Shown: positions 1 to 10,269, counted from the stretch's first letter. The stretch: 40,591 nt of DNA from Pseudomonadota bacterium (GCA_009928265.1 RFPR01000001.1:1-40591), one strand, 5' to 3'. The notes: generated from the sequence alone by a model not told the origin. Translations and numbers: made by a program.

Positions 1-17
1 CGTCTTATCCCGGGGCC

Positions 18-536
18 ATGAACGATTCCCTGGTCAAGTCGCTCTCGGATACGCAGGTGGTCCATGACTCGGAACTTATTGCGGGATTTTTTTCCCCGAT
101 GGGATTCGCCGGGGTGATCTTGCTGCTGGTGATGGCCAATCATACCCTCTTCGCAGAGGGGGTCCTCTGGATTCACCGGCGTTTCATGGATCCTTTTCTC
201 CACAGGGGAAAAGCCTTTCACGCTCGCTTGGTGGGGTTTTCTTGCATCCTAGTGCTGATGGCAGGTCACCTGACCGAGATTGTCATCTGGGCCACTTCAT
301 TGGTCATGACAGGGTTGATTCCCTCGATGAATACGGCCCTTTACTATTGTGGTAGCACCTACACCACCCTCGGCTATGGAAGTGACCCTATGGCGAACGG
401 ACGCAATGCCATCACCGTGGTGATCGCCCTTTCGGGGATGCTAACCATCGCAATGACCACCTCGATCCTCATGTCCCAATTTTCCAGATATCACGAGATT
501 AGAAAAATCGCCCGGGCCAAGGCATCCGCACCGTGA
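18..536 (+). CDS. small two-TM potassium-channel-like pore protein
   Basis: 172-aa ORF. Hydrophobic helices flank TTLGYGS, which matches the K+ channel selectivity filter T-x-G-Y-G. The stop overlaps the GTG start of the next ORF. Confidence 0.55.
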   Translation: MNDSLVKSLSDTQVVHDSELIAGFFSPMGFAGVILLLVMANHTLFAEGVLWIHRRFMDPFLHRGKAFHARLVGFSCILVLMAGHLTEIVIWATSLVMTGLIPSMNTALYYCGSTYTTLGYGSDPMANGRNAITVVIALSGMLTIAMTTSILMSQFSRYHEIRKIARAKASAP

Positions 537-1189
537 AACTGAACTTCCGTTCCCCGCTGGGTCCAGATTGGATCCACTGCCCGCGTTGCGAGGCGGCCTG
601 CCGGAGGCAACGCCTTTCCGCGGACACCGAACTTCACTGCGCTCGTTGCGGTACGACCGTCATGTCCCCGATCGGGAGGAAGACCTTTCAGCCGGCCCTG
701 GCGCTTTCACTGGCGGGACTCTTTGCCCTGTTGCTCGCCACAACCAGTCCTGTGCTGACCTTCGACGTGGCGGGCAGGGAACAGCACGGATATATTGTCA
801 CAGGAATTTGGGAACTCTTCCGCCAGGGGTACTGGCCCATCGCGTTACTGGTCTCCGTTGCCTCGCTGCTGGCTCCGGCGCTCTATCTATCCTCGGTGGC
901 CTATGTCTCGGCGGCCTGTTCCATGAAGCTCCGGCTTCCCCGTATTCATCAGGCCATGCGTCTCTCGGAGTGGACCGAGCCATGGAACCTTATTCCGGTC
1001 TACTCCATCGCCACGGTCGTTTCGGTGGTGAAGTTGCGCATGATCGGCGCGGTGAGCTGGAATGACGGGGCTCGATGGGTGCTGGCCGTGGCTCTGCTGA
1101 CCCTCTTTGCCCAGCAGATGTTTGAGCGCCGCTTGGTGGAGCACCGTCTGGAGGCCCTGGGACTCGTGGACGATGCTGAGAACGACTGA
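533..1189 (+). CDS. PqiA-family membrane protein, first half (N-terminal Cys4 zinc ribbon plus TM helices)
   Basis: CPRC...CARCG zinc-ribbon followed by multiple TM segments. It sits directly upstream of a second PqiA-like half and a multi-MCE protein. GTG start overlaps the previous stop. Confidence 0.55.
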   Translation: MKLNFRSPLGPDWIHCPRCEAACRRQRLSADTELHCARCGTTVMSPIGRKTFQPALALSLAGLFALLLATTSPVLTFDVAGREQHGYIVTGIWELFRQGYWPIALLVSVASLLAPALYLSSVAYVSAACSMKLRLPRIHQAMRLSEWTEPWNLIPVYSIATVVSVVKLRMIGAVSWNDGARWVLAVALLTLFAQQMFERRLVEHRLEALGLVDDAEND

Positions 1190-1692
1190 TGATGACAAAT
1201 GCCTTCCGCGTTTCGGCTGCCAAGGCTCTGGTGACCACCGGGGCCCTGCTGTACATCCCTTCCAATGTCCTTCCCGTCATGACCATGACCGTGGCGGGAA
1301 AGACCCAACCCCTCACCGTGTTGGGAGGGGCGAAGGAGCTCTGGGATTCTAATCTTCCCGCCATTGCTGGAGTCGTTTTCCTGGCTAGTTTCGTGGTTCC
1401 GTTGCTGAAAGTAGCCTCCCTCGGCTGGATCCTCTGGCTTCACGGGACGGACCGCCATCAGGGCGCCCGCAATACCATTCACCGCATCGTTCACCGGATC
1501 GGAAGCTGGTCGATGATCGACATCTTCCTGCTTTCGGTGTTGGCCGCGGTAGGACAACTCGGCGCACTCGGGAGTGTCACGGCGGAACCGGGGGCCATTT
1601 ATTTCTGCGCCGTGATGATCTGCTGTCTGCTTGCCGCGGAAATTTACAAACCCCGCCTGATCTGGGAGAGTCAATCTGCTACCGCCCCATGA
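1189..1692 (+). CDS. PqiA-family membrane protein, second half
   Basis: 167-aa polytopic membrane ORF. Its start overlaps the upstream stop (TGATG) and its stop overlaps the pqiB-like start (ATGA). Position is typical of a pqiAB operon. Confidence 0.55.
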   Translation: MMTNAFRVSAAKALVTTGALLYIPSNVLPVMTMTVAGKTQPLTVLGGAKELWDSNLPAIAGVVFLASFVVPLLKVASLGWILWLHGTDRHQGARNTIHRIVHRIGSWSMIDIFLLSVLAAVGQLGALGSVTAEPGAIYFCAVMICCLLAAEIYKPRLIWESQSATAP

Positions 1693-3272
1693 ACACCCCG
1701 AACCACGATCACCCCGACCACGGCATGGTCGTACCCAGGAAGAGGTTCCGGATTTCTTGGGTATGGCTCTTCCCTGTCCTGGCGGCGATTGCGGCAGGCA
1801 CCATGTTCTACCGGAACTGGGTCAAGGAGGGGCCCATGATTTACGTGCAGTTTGCCTCCGCGCCCGGCATCAAGCCCGAGAAGACCCAGCTTTACTACCG
1901 CGGGGTCGAGGCCGGAACCGTCACTGGGATCCAGCTTGGCAAAAATCTGGACACGGTCTTGGTGAAAGTGCGCCTGCTCAGGCATGCGGAGGAACTGGCG
2001 CGCGAGGGGACGCTCTTCTGGATCGATCAACCGGTCTTCAATCTCGCCAAACCCTCCGGGATCGAGTCCCTGATTGAGGGGAATTCCCTCCAGGCACGCA
2101 AGGGATCGGGTTCCCCCGCTTATTTCTTTGTCGGCAGTGACGAGGTGCCATTAGCCCCGCTTGAGGCGGATCCTCTCTTGATTAAGCTCACTGCACCCGT
2201 GATTCCAGCCGTGGAGACCGGTGCGGAAGTCACCTATCGGGGACTTCCTGTCGGATTGGTTCGCAAAAAGGGTCTCGATGACAACGGCATGCCCTATCTT
2301 GAGGTTGGTTTAAGCACCCGGTACGCAAACCTTGTCAAAAACACCTCTCGTTTCTGGGTTGTGCCACCTCTCTCTGCAAAATTGGGCGCCGGCATTCTCC
2401 AGCTCGATATCTCCTCCTTGAAGTCGTTAATTCTTGGCGGGATTGCGTTCGATAACTTCGGTGATACCGGAATCATGGCCCTCAATCATGACAGGATCCC
2501 TCTGTATACAGATGAGACCATGGCGCGTTGCAGTTCCGATCCAATCACGCTCGACTTCAAGAACGGCCAAGGGCTCGTGGCGGGACTGACTCAGTTGCGT
2601 TATCTCGGATTGCCCGTCGGCATCGTGGAAAAAGTCGATCCCTCCCAGGGAAAGGTCCGTGTCACAGCTAGACTCTTGCCAGGTTATGATATGTTGCGCC
2701 GCAAGGGATCGATTTTCTCCATCATGCGACCGGTCATTGAACTGCAGAAAGTCAGCGGTTTGGAAACCCTGGTGAGCGGGATCTACATCGATTGCATTCC
2801 AGGGGAAAAGGGGCCCATGGTCTCACGGTTTCACGGTAGCAGTCAGGACGAAGCCGAATTGATCGACTATCAGGACGACAGCTTCGATGTGATTCTGGCG
2901 GCGTCCGCATCAAAGATTGGAGTCGGCACCCCGGTGATCTACCGCGGGGTTCCCATTGGCAAGATCACCCGCAAGGACCTTGCTCCCGGGGGTTCCGGAG
3001 TACGCCTAACCGCATCTGTCAAGCATCGCCACGCTTCGCTTCTTCATGAAAACAGCCACTTCTGGAATGCCGGAGGAGTTAGAATTTCCGGGGGGCTTAT
3101 CCAATTGAATGTCCAGTCCTCGGTGCTTGAGTCCAAGGGACTCGGTGGCGTGGAATTCTCAACCCCGGCGGGTGATGCCGCGGGTGCCGAGGTCAAGGAG
3201 GGGCATGTTTACGATCTTTATGACTCACCCAAAAAGGAGTGGCTCCAATGGCCAATCCCGCCGTTCAAGTAA
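1689..3272 (+). CDS. pqiB: PqiB-like multi-MCE (MlaD-domain) envelope lipid-transport protein
   Basis: 527 aa with an N-terminal TM anchor, then repeated MCE-like segments (YYRGVEAGTVTGI, TYRGLPVGLV, LRYLGLPVGIVEKV, VIYRGVPIGKI). Follows the PqiA-like genes. Confidence 0.7.
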   Translation: MNTPNHDHPDHGMVVPRKRFRISWVWLFPVLAAIAAGTMFYRNWVKEGPMIYVQFASAPGIKPEKTQLYYRGVEAGTVTGIQLGKNLDTVLVKVRLLRHAEELAREGTLFWIDQPVFNLAKPSGIESLIEGNSLQARKGSGSPAYFFVGSDEVPLAPLEADPLLIKLTAPVIPAVETGAEVTYRGLPVGLVRKKGLDDNGMPYLEVGLSTRYANLVKNTSRFWVVPPLSAKLGAGILQLDISSLKSLILGGIAFDNFGDTGIMALNHDRIPLYTDETMARCSSDPITLDFKNGQGLVAGLTQLRYLGLPVGIVEKVDPSQGKVRVTARLLPGYDMLRRKGSIFSIMRPVIELQKVSGLETLVSGIYIDCIPGEKGPMVSRFHGSSQDEAELIDYQDDSFDVILAASASKIGVGTPVIYRGVPIGKITRKDLAPGGSGVRLTASVKHRHASLLHENSHFWNAGGVRISGGLIQLNVQSSVLESKGLGGVEFSTPAGDAAGAEVKEGHVYDLYDSPKKEWLQWPIPPFK

Positions 3273-3291
3273 TCAAAGGGTCCTAGTCGGA

Positions 3292-3311
3292 GATGAGGGG
3301 TGCTCCTCATC
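3292..3311. terminator. hairpin between convergent pqiB-like and manA genes
   Basis: GATGAGG-ggtgct-CCTCATC 7-bp stem between two convergent stops. No strong T tract. Confidence 0.3.
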
Positions 3312-3327
3312 GGTTTCACCTCAACTC

Positions 3328-4299
3328 TTAGCTGGCTGAAACAGGCAATCTTGTCACAAGGATCGAGGTGTTTTCCCGCACAGGGTTGAGTAGGGCGCTT
3401 TCCATGGAGGAAGGAATAAGGAGGAATTCGCCGGGCAGAAGGCGGGCTCCTTCACACTCTGCCTCGCCGGAGAGGCCGGTAACGATGCAGAAGTCGCCTG
3501 GAGATGCCATGTCTAGGGGCGCCGAGATCGATTTCTTCTCCACATGGAAAAGGGGGCAGTTCGCCACGACGGGATTGGAGGAAGGTGTCACCGTTGGCTC
3601 GAAATCCTCGAAATCAATCGAAGCCATGGACTGTGGGATGTGAAGATCACGCGGTTTCCCGTCGAGGCCGGTCCGATTCCAATCAAAGACACGGTAGGTG
3701 GTATCGCTGTTCTGCTGGATCTCCACAATTACCAACCCGGCCCCGATGGCATGCAACCGACCGCTTGGGATAAAGATGCTCTCGCCGGCGGAAACAGGGG
3801 TGCTGTGCAGGTTCTCCTCCACGGTGCCCTCGGAGAGAGACTTTTCAAAATCGGCCCGTGTGACCCCTTTCTTGAGGCCGGCATAAATCGAGGCATCCCG
3901 ATCGGCGTCCAGGAAGTACCAGCATTCCGTCTTGGGTTCTCCTTGTAATTCCTCGACCCGGTGAGCGGGTGGATGTACCTGAACCGAAAGCCTGTCGCGA
4001 GCATCCAGCAGCTTCACCAGTAGGGGAAAACGTGGTGATGGATTAGCCAGATGGAGGGAACCGAAGACCGCTTGGCGTGATTCCGTCCAGAGGTCATGCA
4101 GGGTTTTGCCCTGAAGGGTCCCGCCGGACACGACGCTCTGGGCCTCAGGGCGGTCGACGATTTCCCAGAGTTCCCCGATCACGGCATCCTTGGGAAGATC
4201 CTTGCCAAGTAGAGTCTCGAAGTGCCGTCCGCCCCAGACACGTTCCATGGCGAGGGGGGTGAAGCGGATTGGGGCCGAAAAAGGTAGTTTTGAGGACAT
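3328..4299 (-). CDS. manA: type I phosphomannose isomerase (mannose-6-phosphate isomerase)
   Basis: 323 aa. Cupin-type PMI motifs are present: ELWEI, LSVQVHP, GESIFIPSGRLHAIGAGLVIVEIQQNSDTTYRVFDW. Confidence 0.7.
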   Translation of the reverse strand: MSSKLPFSAPIRFTPLAMERVWGGRHFETLLGKDLPKDAVIGELWEIVDRPEAQSVVSGGTLQGKTLHDLWTESRQAVFGSLHLANPSPRFPLLVKLLDARDRLSVQVHPPAHRVEELQGEPKTECWYFLDADRDASIYAGLKKGVTRADFEKSLSEGTVEENLHSTPVSAGESIFIPSGRLHAIGAGLVIVEIQQNSDTTYRVFDWNRTGLDGKPRDLHIPQSMASIDFEDFEPTVTPSSNPVVANCPLFHVEKKSISAPLDMASPGDFCIVTGLSGEAECEGARLLPGEFLLIPSSMESALLNPVRENTSILVTRLPVSAS

Positions 4300-4389
4300 A
4301 AACCGGAATTATCCAAAAAGCGCCCACGGTTGCCAAGAGCCGTGCGGTTCCTGCAAGATACACCGATGCTTCCATCCAGACGACGCGCC

Positions 4390-6816
4390 ATGGACGAGGT
4401 GACTGGGGTTCTCCTCTTTTTCTGGGGAGTCCTTCTGTTACTGGCACTTGGTTCGTTTGATCCAAGAGACGTCCCCTCCTGGGCTTTCGGGACCCATGTT
4501 CCAATCAACACCCCCCCTTTGAATTTCGTGGGGCGCGTCGGGGCTGTGATTGCAAACATTTCCTACTTTCTCTTCGGTGCCGCTTCCTATTTTGGAGCCG
4601 TGGCCTTGGTGGGTCTCGGGATTTCCCAGTTTCTCCATCAGCTGAATCTGGGGATCAGATCCGGGTGGGCATTTGTCTTCGTGCTGAGTTGGTCCACCCT
4701 TCTGGATCTGCAGCATCTGATCCTGACTGACTGGAAGCAGAAATTCGGGATTGAGGGTCCCGGCGGATGGTGCGGTCATCATCTTAACATCGTGCTTGGC
4801 CGGAACGTTCTCGGCGCGCTTGGCTCTTTCCTGATCTTTGCCGCCCTGATGCTTGTCAGTCTGATCCTGGCCACCGGATTCCATCCAATTGCTGCCATCA
4901 AGCGTCTGGCGGTTGCCTTCTGGGTGCTGTTCTCCGGTCTGTTGGGACTGATCGGCAAGAGGTTCGGTGGAGTGAGCGCTGGAAGTGGGGAGGAGGGTGA
5001 TGAAGGGGTTCCCAGCGTTGTGCCTTCAAGCCGCAACCGCAACCGTCGCCGTCCCCAGCGTGATGAACCGCCCGTTGATGAGGCCGGGGATTCCCCAGCT
5101 CCCGCCTCCGACCTTCCTGCACCCAAGATTATCGATGCCAGTGTCCCGACCCCGGCTCGCAAGCCAACCCTTGCCGAGGTGATGAAGGCCAAGCAAAAAC
5201 CTGCTTCTGGCGCTGCTGTCCCCACGCTGGCGGATGTGGAAGGGGAATATTCCCTGCCTTCGCTCGATCTTCTCGAGAGCTACGACGACGAGTCTCATCA
5301 ACCGGCCGATCCGGCGGCGCTCCAGGCGGTCCAGAAAATCATCCTCGATACGCTGGCTCAGTTTGACATTGAGGCATCGCCCGGTGACATCACCAAGGGG
5401 CCAACCATCACGCGGTACGAGGTGTATCCTGCCATCGGAGTCCGGGTGGAGCGCATCTCCGCTCTGGAAAAAAACCTCGCCCGGGCTACTCGCGCCGAAC
5501 GCATCAACATCTTGGCGCCGATTCCCGGCAAGGACACCGTCGGTATCGAGATCGCCAACTCCAGTAAAGTGAAAGTCAGTATCCGGGAGCTCTTCCAGAG
5601 CGAGACCTGGGAATCTTCCAAGGCTTCCCTGCCACTGGCTCTCGGTAAGGATGTCTACGGTCACGCAATCATTGCCGATCTGGCCGCGATGCCCCACCTG
5701 CTCGTGGCCGGGGCTACCGGCAGCGGGAAGAGCGTCTGCATCAACTCAATCATCACGAGCCTGCTCTTCAAGCACACACCGGAGACGCTCCGATTCATCA
5801 TGATCGACCCGAAGGTCGTCGAGATGCAGGTTTACAACGATCTGCCGCACCTTGTCACCCCGGTCGTCACCGATTCCAAGAAGGTCTTGCTCGCCCTACG
5901 TTGGGTGGTGGATGAGATGGAGAAGCGCTATGCGATTTTCGCCAAGGTCGGGGTGAAGAACATCTCGGGCTTCAACGCCCGGCCAAAAGCAGATAAACCA
6001 TTCTGCTCAGCCCAGGAAACTCCCGGTGAGGAGTATCCCGTTAACGAAGTGACGACGGAGGAATCACCCGAGGTGGAGTCCCTCGAAAATGCCGCTGAGG
6101 AGCAGACTCAACCGGACCTACCCCAGCCTCCCCCGGACGACATGATCATTCCTGATCGGATGCCCTTCATTGTCGTGATCGTGGATGAGTTGGCCGATCT
6201 CATGCAGACGGCCCCCGCGGACGTTGAAGGTGCGATTGCCCGAATAACCCAGAAGGCCCGCGCGGCCGGCATCCACATGATCGTGGCCACCCAGACGCCG
6301 CGTTCCAGCGTGGTCACGGGGGTTATCAAGGCGAACATCCCCTCGCGCATCGCCTTCCAGGTGGCCTCGGGACTCGATAGTCGCGTCATCCTCGACGCAA
6401 ACGGTGCCGAGAGGCTCATCGGTAAGGGAGACATGCTGTATCTGCCGCCTGGTAGTGCCAAGCTCACGCGTGCTCAGGGCGTGCTTGTCACCGATGAGGA
6501 GATCCACCGTGTCGTGGAGGCCCTTGCGGCTCAGGGCAAGCCTGTGTTCGAGCCGAGCATCTCCGCGAAGCTTTCCGGGAATATTATGCCCGAGGATGAG
6601 GTGACCGACGAGGAGGAGGATCTGGTCGGCAAGTGCCTTGAGATCATCCGCCAGGAGAAAAAGGCTTCCACGTCCATGCTCCAGCGCCGCCTGCGGTTGG
6701 GCTATACTCGCGCCGCGCGCGTCGTCGATATCCTGGAGCAGCGCGGGATCCTGGGTCCCAAAGACGGGGCCAAGGACCGAGAGATTTTGGTTGATCTCGA
6801 CGGTCTGGAAGACTGA
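4390..6816 (+). CDS. ftsK: DNA translocase FtsK
   Basis: N-terminal TM helices, Pro/Ala-rich linker, Walker A GATGSGKS, Walker B VVIVDELADLM, and a C-terminal gamma winged helix (MLQRRLRLGYTRAARVVDILEQRGILGP). The ORF opens at a TTG at 4330. ATG 4366 or 4390 is more plausible, so the start is uncertain. Confidence 0.9.
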   Translation: MDEVTGVLLFFWGVLLLLALGSFDPRDVPSWAFGTHVPINTPPLNFVGRVGAVIANISYFLFGAASYFGAVALVGLGISQFLHQLNLGIRSGWAFVFVLSWSTLLDLQHLILTDWKQKFGIEGPGGWCGHHLNIVLGRNVLGALGSFLIFAALMLVSLILATGFHPIAAIKRLAVAFWVLFSGLLGLIGKRFGGVSAGSGEEGDEGVPSVVPSSRNRNRRRPQRDEPPVDEAGDSPAPASDLPAPKIIDASVPTPARKPTLAEVMKAKQKPASGAAVPTLADVEGEYSLPSLDLLESYDDESHQPADPAALQAVQKIILDTLAQFDIEASPGDITKGPTITRYEVYPAIGVRVERISALEKNLARATRAERINILAPIPGKDTVGIEIANSSKVKVSIRELFQSETWESSKASLPLALGKDVYGHAIIADLAAMPHLLVAGATGSGKSVCINSIITSLLFKHTPETLRFIMIDPKVVEMQVYNDLPHLVTPVVTDSKKVLLALRWVVDEMEKRYAIFAKVGVKNISGFNARPKADKPFCSAQETPGEEYPVNEVTTEESPEVESLENAAEEQTQPDLPQPPPDDMIIPDRMPFIVVIVDELADLMQTAPADVEGAIARITQKARAAGIHMIVATQTPRSSVVTGVIKANIPSRIAFQVASGLDSRVILDANGAERLIGKGDMLYLPPGSAKLTRAQGVLVTDEEIHRVVEALAAQGKPVFEPSISAKLSGNIMPEDEVTDEEEDLVGKCLEIIRQEKKASTSMLQRRLRLGYTRAARVVDILEQRGILGPKDGAKDREILVDLDGLED

Positions 6817-6835
6817 ATAAGCACGAGGTTTCCTC

Positions 6836-7321
6836 ATGAGGTTTTTCCAACAGACACTCCTTCCCGATCCGCTCGGACTGACCCTAGCCCAGACTAGAAA
6901 ATCACGGCGACTCTCGCTCGGGCAAGCTGCCCAAGGTGCCGGGATTTCCGAGGCCGAGGCCCTTGCTCTGGAGGAGGATCGCATCCATGAACCAGGAATG
7001 GCCCGCATTCACGCGCTCTCGTACGCCCGATCACTCGGGATTGAACCCGAGGAAATCCGCGACTCGCTTCCGCCTCAACCCGATTTGATACGCAAAAAGT
7101 CGGGTTATCTTTCCAATCTGGCCAGTTCCGGGCAGACAAAAACCATCTTCAATCCTGTCCTGATAGGCAGAGTCCTTGCTCCGCTGGGCAAGGCGCTTGT
7201 GATCCTGCTTTTGCTGGCGACTTTTTTCACCACTTGGGGAATGATGCGTCAGCTCTCTAGGGTCCGCTCCATCCCTTGGATCACATCCAGCACCCGCCCC
7301 GTCTCTTTCGGCGACCGATGA
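6836..7321 (+). CDS. RodZ-like HTH membrane protein (short)
   Basis: N-terminal XRE-type HTH (LTLAQTRKSRRLSLGQAAQGAGISEAEALALEED) followed by one TM helix. Stop overlaps the rimO start. Confidence 0.4.
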   Translation: MRFFQQTLLPDPLGLTLAQTRKSRRLSLGQAAQGAGISEAEALALEEDRIHEPGMARIHALSYARSLGIEPEEIRDSLPPQPDLIRKKSGYLSNLASSGQTKTIFNPVLIGRVLAPLGKALVILLLLATFFTTWGMMRQLSRVRSIPWITSSTRPVSFGDR

Positions 7322-8703
7322 CAACAGAAACCACCCACCGCAAAATCGGACTGATCAGCCTCGGTTGCGCCAAGAACCTCGTTGACGCCGAGATTGTTCT
7401 CGGTGATGCAAAACTGCACGGTTACGAACTAACTACGGAGACCGACGAAGCAGACGTGGTCCTGGTCAATACCTGCGGATTCATCGATCCGGCCAAGGAG
7501 GAGAGCATCGGGGCGATCCTCGAAGCACATCGTCGCCGCCTTCACGGGGCCAAAGCCGGACAAAAACTCGTCGTCGGGGGTTGTCTTTCACAGCGGTATG
7601 CAGCCGATCTTGCCGTACAGCTTCCTGAGGTTGATGCCTTCATGGGTCTCGACGAGATCAAGGGGGCTGGAGCTTTTTTTGACCGTCTTCTCGATGATTC
7701 GCGGGAGGAACCTCTCGTCGAGGTCTCCCGCCGAGCAGCTTACATCCCGGATTATGATACGCCGCGGGTGCGTCTCACGGCCTCCCATACGGCCTATGTA
7801 AAAATCGCCGAGGGGTGCAATCACCCCTGTTCCTTCTGCGTCATTCCGAGAATGAGAGGGCGTCACCGGAGCCGCACGATCGACTCGGTTGTGAAGGAAG
7901 TCGAGGGGCTCATTGCCTCCGGCGTGAAAGAGATCAACCTCATTAGCCAGGACACCACCTACTACGGGATGGATCTCTGGGAGGAGAAAGCCGGACCGCG
8001 CCAGCCTGTCGACGAGGCGAGGGGACCGGGGCTTCCTGCCCTGCTCGATGCCCTCTCTGCTATTCCCGGTGAGTTCTGGATTCGCCTGCTCTACACCCAT
8101 CCCGCCCACTGGAGCGACGACATGATCGCAGCCATTGCCCGGAATCCGAAGGTGGTCCGCTACGTGGATATGCCGCTCCAGCACATCCACGACACGATGC
8201 TGGACTCGATGAAGCGTGAGACCGACAGCGGTCACATCGAGCGTCTCATCGGCCGTATGCGTGCAGGAATTCCAGGGCTTACCATCAGGACCACGTTCAT
8301 TGTCGGATTTCCCGGCGAGACAGAGGAACACTTCTCAACGCTCCTAGATTTCATTACCCGGACACGGTTCGAGCGACTCGGCGTCTTTGCCTACTCCCGT
8401 GAGGAGGAATCCCGTGCAGCCAAACTGTCGGGACAGATCCATGGCGGAACCAAGAAGCGACGCCAGCGAGAAGCGATGCTGGCCCAGCAGTTTATTGCCG
8501 CGGAGCATGCCGGATCGCAGGTCGGGAGTGAACTGACCGTGCTGGCCGACACCGCCTCACTGGGCCGTACCCAGGGGGACGCCCCCGATGTCGACTGCCG
8601 TGTTCATTTCACCGCACCTGTGAAGGCTGGGGAATTTCACCGGGTGAGGATCACCGGCACCCGCGGGTACGATCTGGAGGCCGCGCCCCTGCAGCCCGCA
8701 TGA
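7318..8703 (+). CDS. rimO: ribosomal protein S12 methylthiotransferase RimO
   Basis: N-terminal KIGLISLGCAKNLVDAE, radical-SAM CNHPCSFC, and a C-terminal TRAM-like segment. ATG at 7318 overlaps the upstream stop; the ORF track opens earlier, at 7276. Confidence 0.85.
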   Translation: MTTETTHRKIGLISLGCAKNLVDAEIVLGDAKLHGYELTTETDEADVVLVNTCGFIDPAKEESIGAILEAHRRRLHGAKAGQKLVVGGCLSQRYAADLAVQLPEVDAFMGLDEIKGAGAFFDRLLDDSREEPLVEVSRRAAYIPDYDTPRVRLTASHTAYVKIAEGCNHPCSFCVIPRMRGRHRSRTIDSVVKEVEGLIASGVKEINLISQDTTYYGMDLWEEKAGPRQPVDEARGPGLPALLDALSAIPGEFWIRLLYTHPAHWSDDMIAAIARNPKVVRYVDMPLQHIHDTMLDSMKRETDSGHIERLIGRMRAGIPGLTIRTTFIVGFPGETEEHFSTLLDFITRTRFERLGVFAYSREEESRAAKLSGQIHGGTKKRRQREAMLAQQFIAAEHAGSQVGSELTVLADTASLGRTQGDAPDVDCRVHFTAPVKAGEFHRVRITGTRGYDLEAAPLQPA

Positions 8704-9494
8704 AGTTTCCCTATTCCTTCCCGCTGACCCGCGCCTTCAGCCTCTACATGGGGCAGGCTTCGCTGTTGGCATGGGAGGCATTCACCTCGATCTTGGCTGG
8801 ACGCATCCGATGGAGGCTCGTCCTGAGACAGGTTGTCGAGATCGGGTTCGGTTCCCAGGCAGTCGTTATTGTGACCGGCATTTTCACTGGAGCGGTATTC
8901 ACGGCGCAGATTTTCTTCCAGTTTAATGCGCTCAATATGAGTACTGCCGTCGGCCCGGTGGTTTCCGTTGCGCTCTTTCGTGAACTCGGACCAGTCCTTA
9001 CAGGGTTGATGGTCGCGGGTAGGGTGGGGGCCGCCATGAGTGCGGAAATCGGCACCATGAAAGTGACCGAGCAGATCGACGCCCTTCGTGCCTTGGCGGT
9101 GAATCCCATCGATTATCTCGTTGTTCCGAGGGCCGTCGCGATGATGATCTCGATGCCTTTGCTCGTGGGGGAGTGCATTTTCTTCGCCCTCTCCGCCAGC
9201 TACTTTGTGGCCACTCGGATCTTAAACGTTAACAGCGTCTTCTTTCTTCATCACATGGAGAGCTACACGCATGGCAAAGATATGGTGATGGCCCTGACCA
9301 AGGGATTCGTCTTTGCGGTTATCGTAGCCATCGTGGGATGTCAACAGGGGCTCTCCACCCGCAATGGGGCGGTCGGCGTGGGGCGCTCTACCACGGACGC
9401 CGTGGTGATCAGTTCCCTCACGATACTGATGGTCAATTTTTTCCTCACGATGGCCCTGAACATCGTCTTCCCCGCCGGACAGGCCCGCTACTGA
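8700..9494 (+). CDS. mlaE: MlaE-type ABC transporter permease
   Basis: 264-aa polytopic protein with the MlaE-like core (REL-GPVLTGLMVAGRVGAAMSAEIGTMKVTEQIDAL). Translationally coupled to the ATPase. Confidence 0.8.
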   Translation: MKFPYSFPLTRAFSLYMGQASLLAWEAFTSILAGRIRWRLVLRQVVEIGFGSQAVVIVTGIFTGAVFTAQIFFQFNALNMSTAVGPVVSVALFRELGPVLTGLMVAGRVGAAMSAEIGTMKVTEQIDALRALAVNPIDYLVVPRAVAMMISMPLLVGECIFFALSASYFVATRILNVNSVFFLHHMESYTHGKDMVMALTKGFVFAVIVAIVGCQQGLSTRNGAVGVGRSTTDAVVISSLTILMVNFFLTMALNIVFPAGQARY

Positions 9495-10252
9495 TGAACC
9501 CGAGCGAAGGTAACCTGATCGAGGTTCGGGGGCTCCGCCAGACATTTGGCGGTCAGGAAATCCTCCGTGGCGTCGACCTGGATATTCCGCGGGGAAAAAC
9601 CTTGGTCCTTTTGGGACAGAGTGGCGGGGGAAAAAGCGTCTTCCTGAGGCATCTGATCGGTCTTCTCAAGCCGATTGCCGGCTCCATCCGAGTGGAGGGG
9701 GAAGAGATCGCGGGCCTCGACGAGAGGGAACTCGAGCCGGTCCGCCGGAAAATCGGGATGCTTTTTCAGGATGGAGCGCTCTTCGATTCCATGACTGTCT
9801 TTGAGAATGTTTCCTTCCCCCTCCGTGAGCGGGGTCTACGCGATGAGAAGGAGATCTGTCGCAAGGTCCGGGAAGCTCTGGAACTGGTCGCCCTTTCGGG
9901 ACAAGAATCCAAGATGCCGGCAAACCTCAGTGGTGGGATGCGCAAGAGGGCCGCGCTGGCCCGAGTCATCATTTCCGAGCCCTCCTGCATCCTCTACGAC
10001 GAGCCGACGGCGGGTCTTGATCCGATTGTCTCCGACACCATCAACCGTCTGATTCGGCGCTTGCAATCACACCTTCACGTCACTTCGATCGTTGTCACTC
10101 ACGACATGATCAGCACTAACCACATCGCCGATCGCGTCGCCCTGCTCCGCTCCGGAAGGATCCACTTTGAGGGTTCCCTCGGAGAACTCCACGGATCGCC
10201 GGACCCTGTCATCAGGGACTTCATTGAGGGCCGTTCTCACGAAATTGATTAA
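9494..10252 (+). CDS. mlaF: MlaF-type ABC transporter ATP-binding protein
   Basis: Walker A GQSGGGKS, signature LSGGMRKR, Walker B ILYDEPTAGLD. ATG 9494 overlaps the mlaE stop; the ORF track extends upstream to 9338. Confidence 0.85.
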   Translation: MNPSEGNLIEVRGLRQTFGGQEILRGVDLDIPRGKTLVLLGQSGGGKSVFLRHLIGLLKPIAGSIRVEGEEIAGLDERELEPVRRKIGMLFQDGALFDSMTVFENVSFPLRERGLRDEKEICRKVREALELVALSGQESKMPANLSGGMRKRAALARVIISEPSCILYDEPTAGLDPIVSDTINRLIRRLQSHLHVTSIVVTHDMISTNHIADRVALLRSGRIHFEGSLGELHGSPDPVIRDFIEGRSHEID

Positions 10253-10269
10253 GCCACCACAGCCTCCAC

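Noticed and set aside
1000-1674. 224-aa minus-strand ORF and several other overlapping frames at 568-1364
   Set aside because: They overlap the PqiA-like membrane ORFs, which have coherent TM topology and operon coupling. The alternatives are Arg/Pro/Gly-rich GC-frame artefacts.
6118-7008. 296-aa minus-strand ORF
   Set aside because: Antisense to the conserved FtsK motor and gamma domains. Arg/Gly/Leu-rich shadow frame in GC-rich DNA.
7588-8331. 247-aa minus-strand ORF
   Set aside because: Antisense to rimO (radical-SAM core). No motif of its own.
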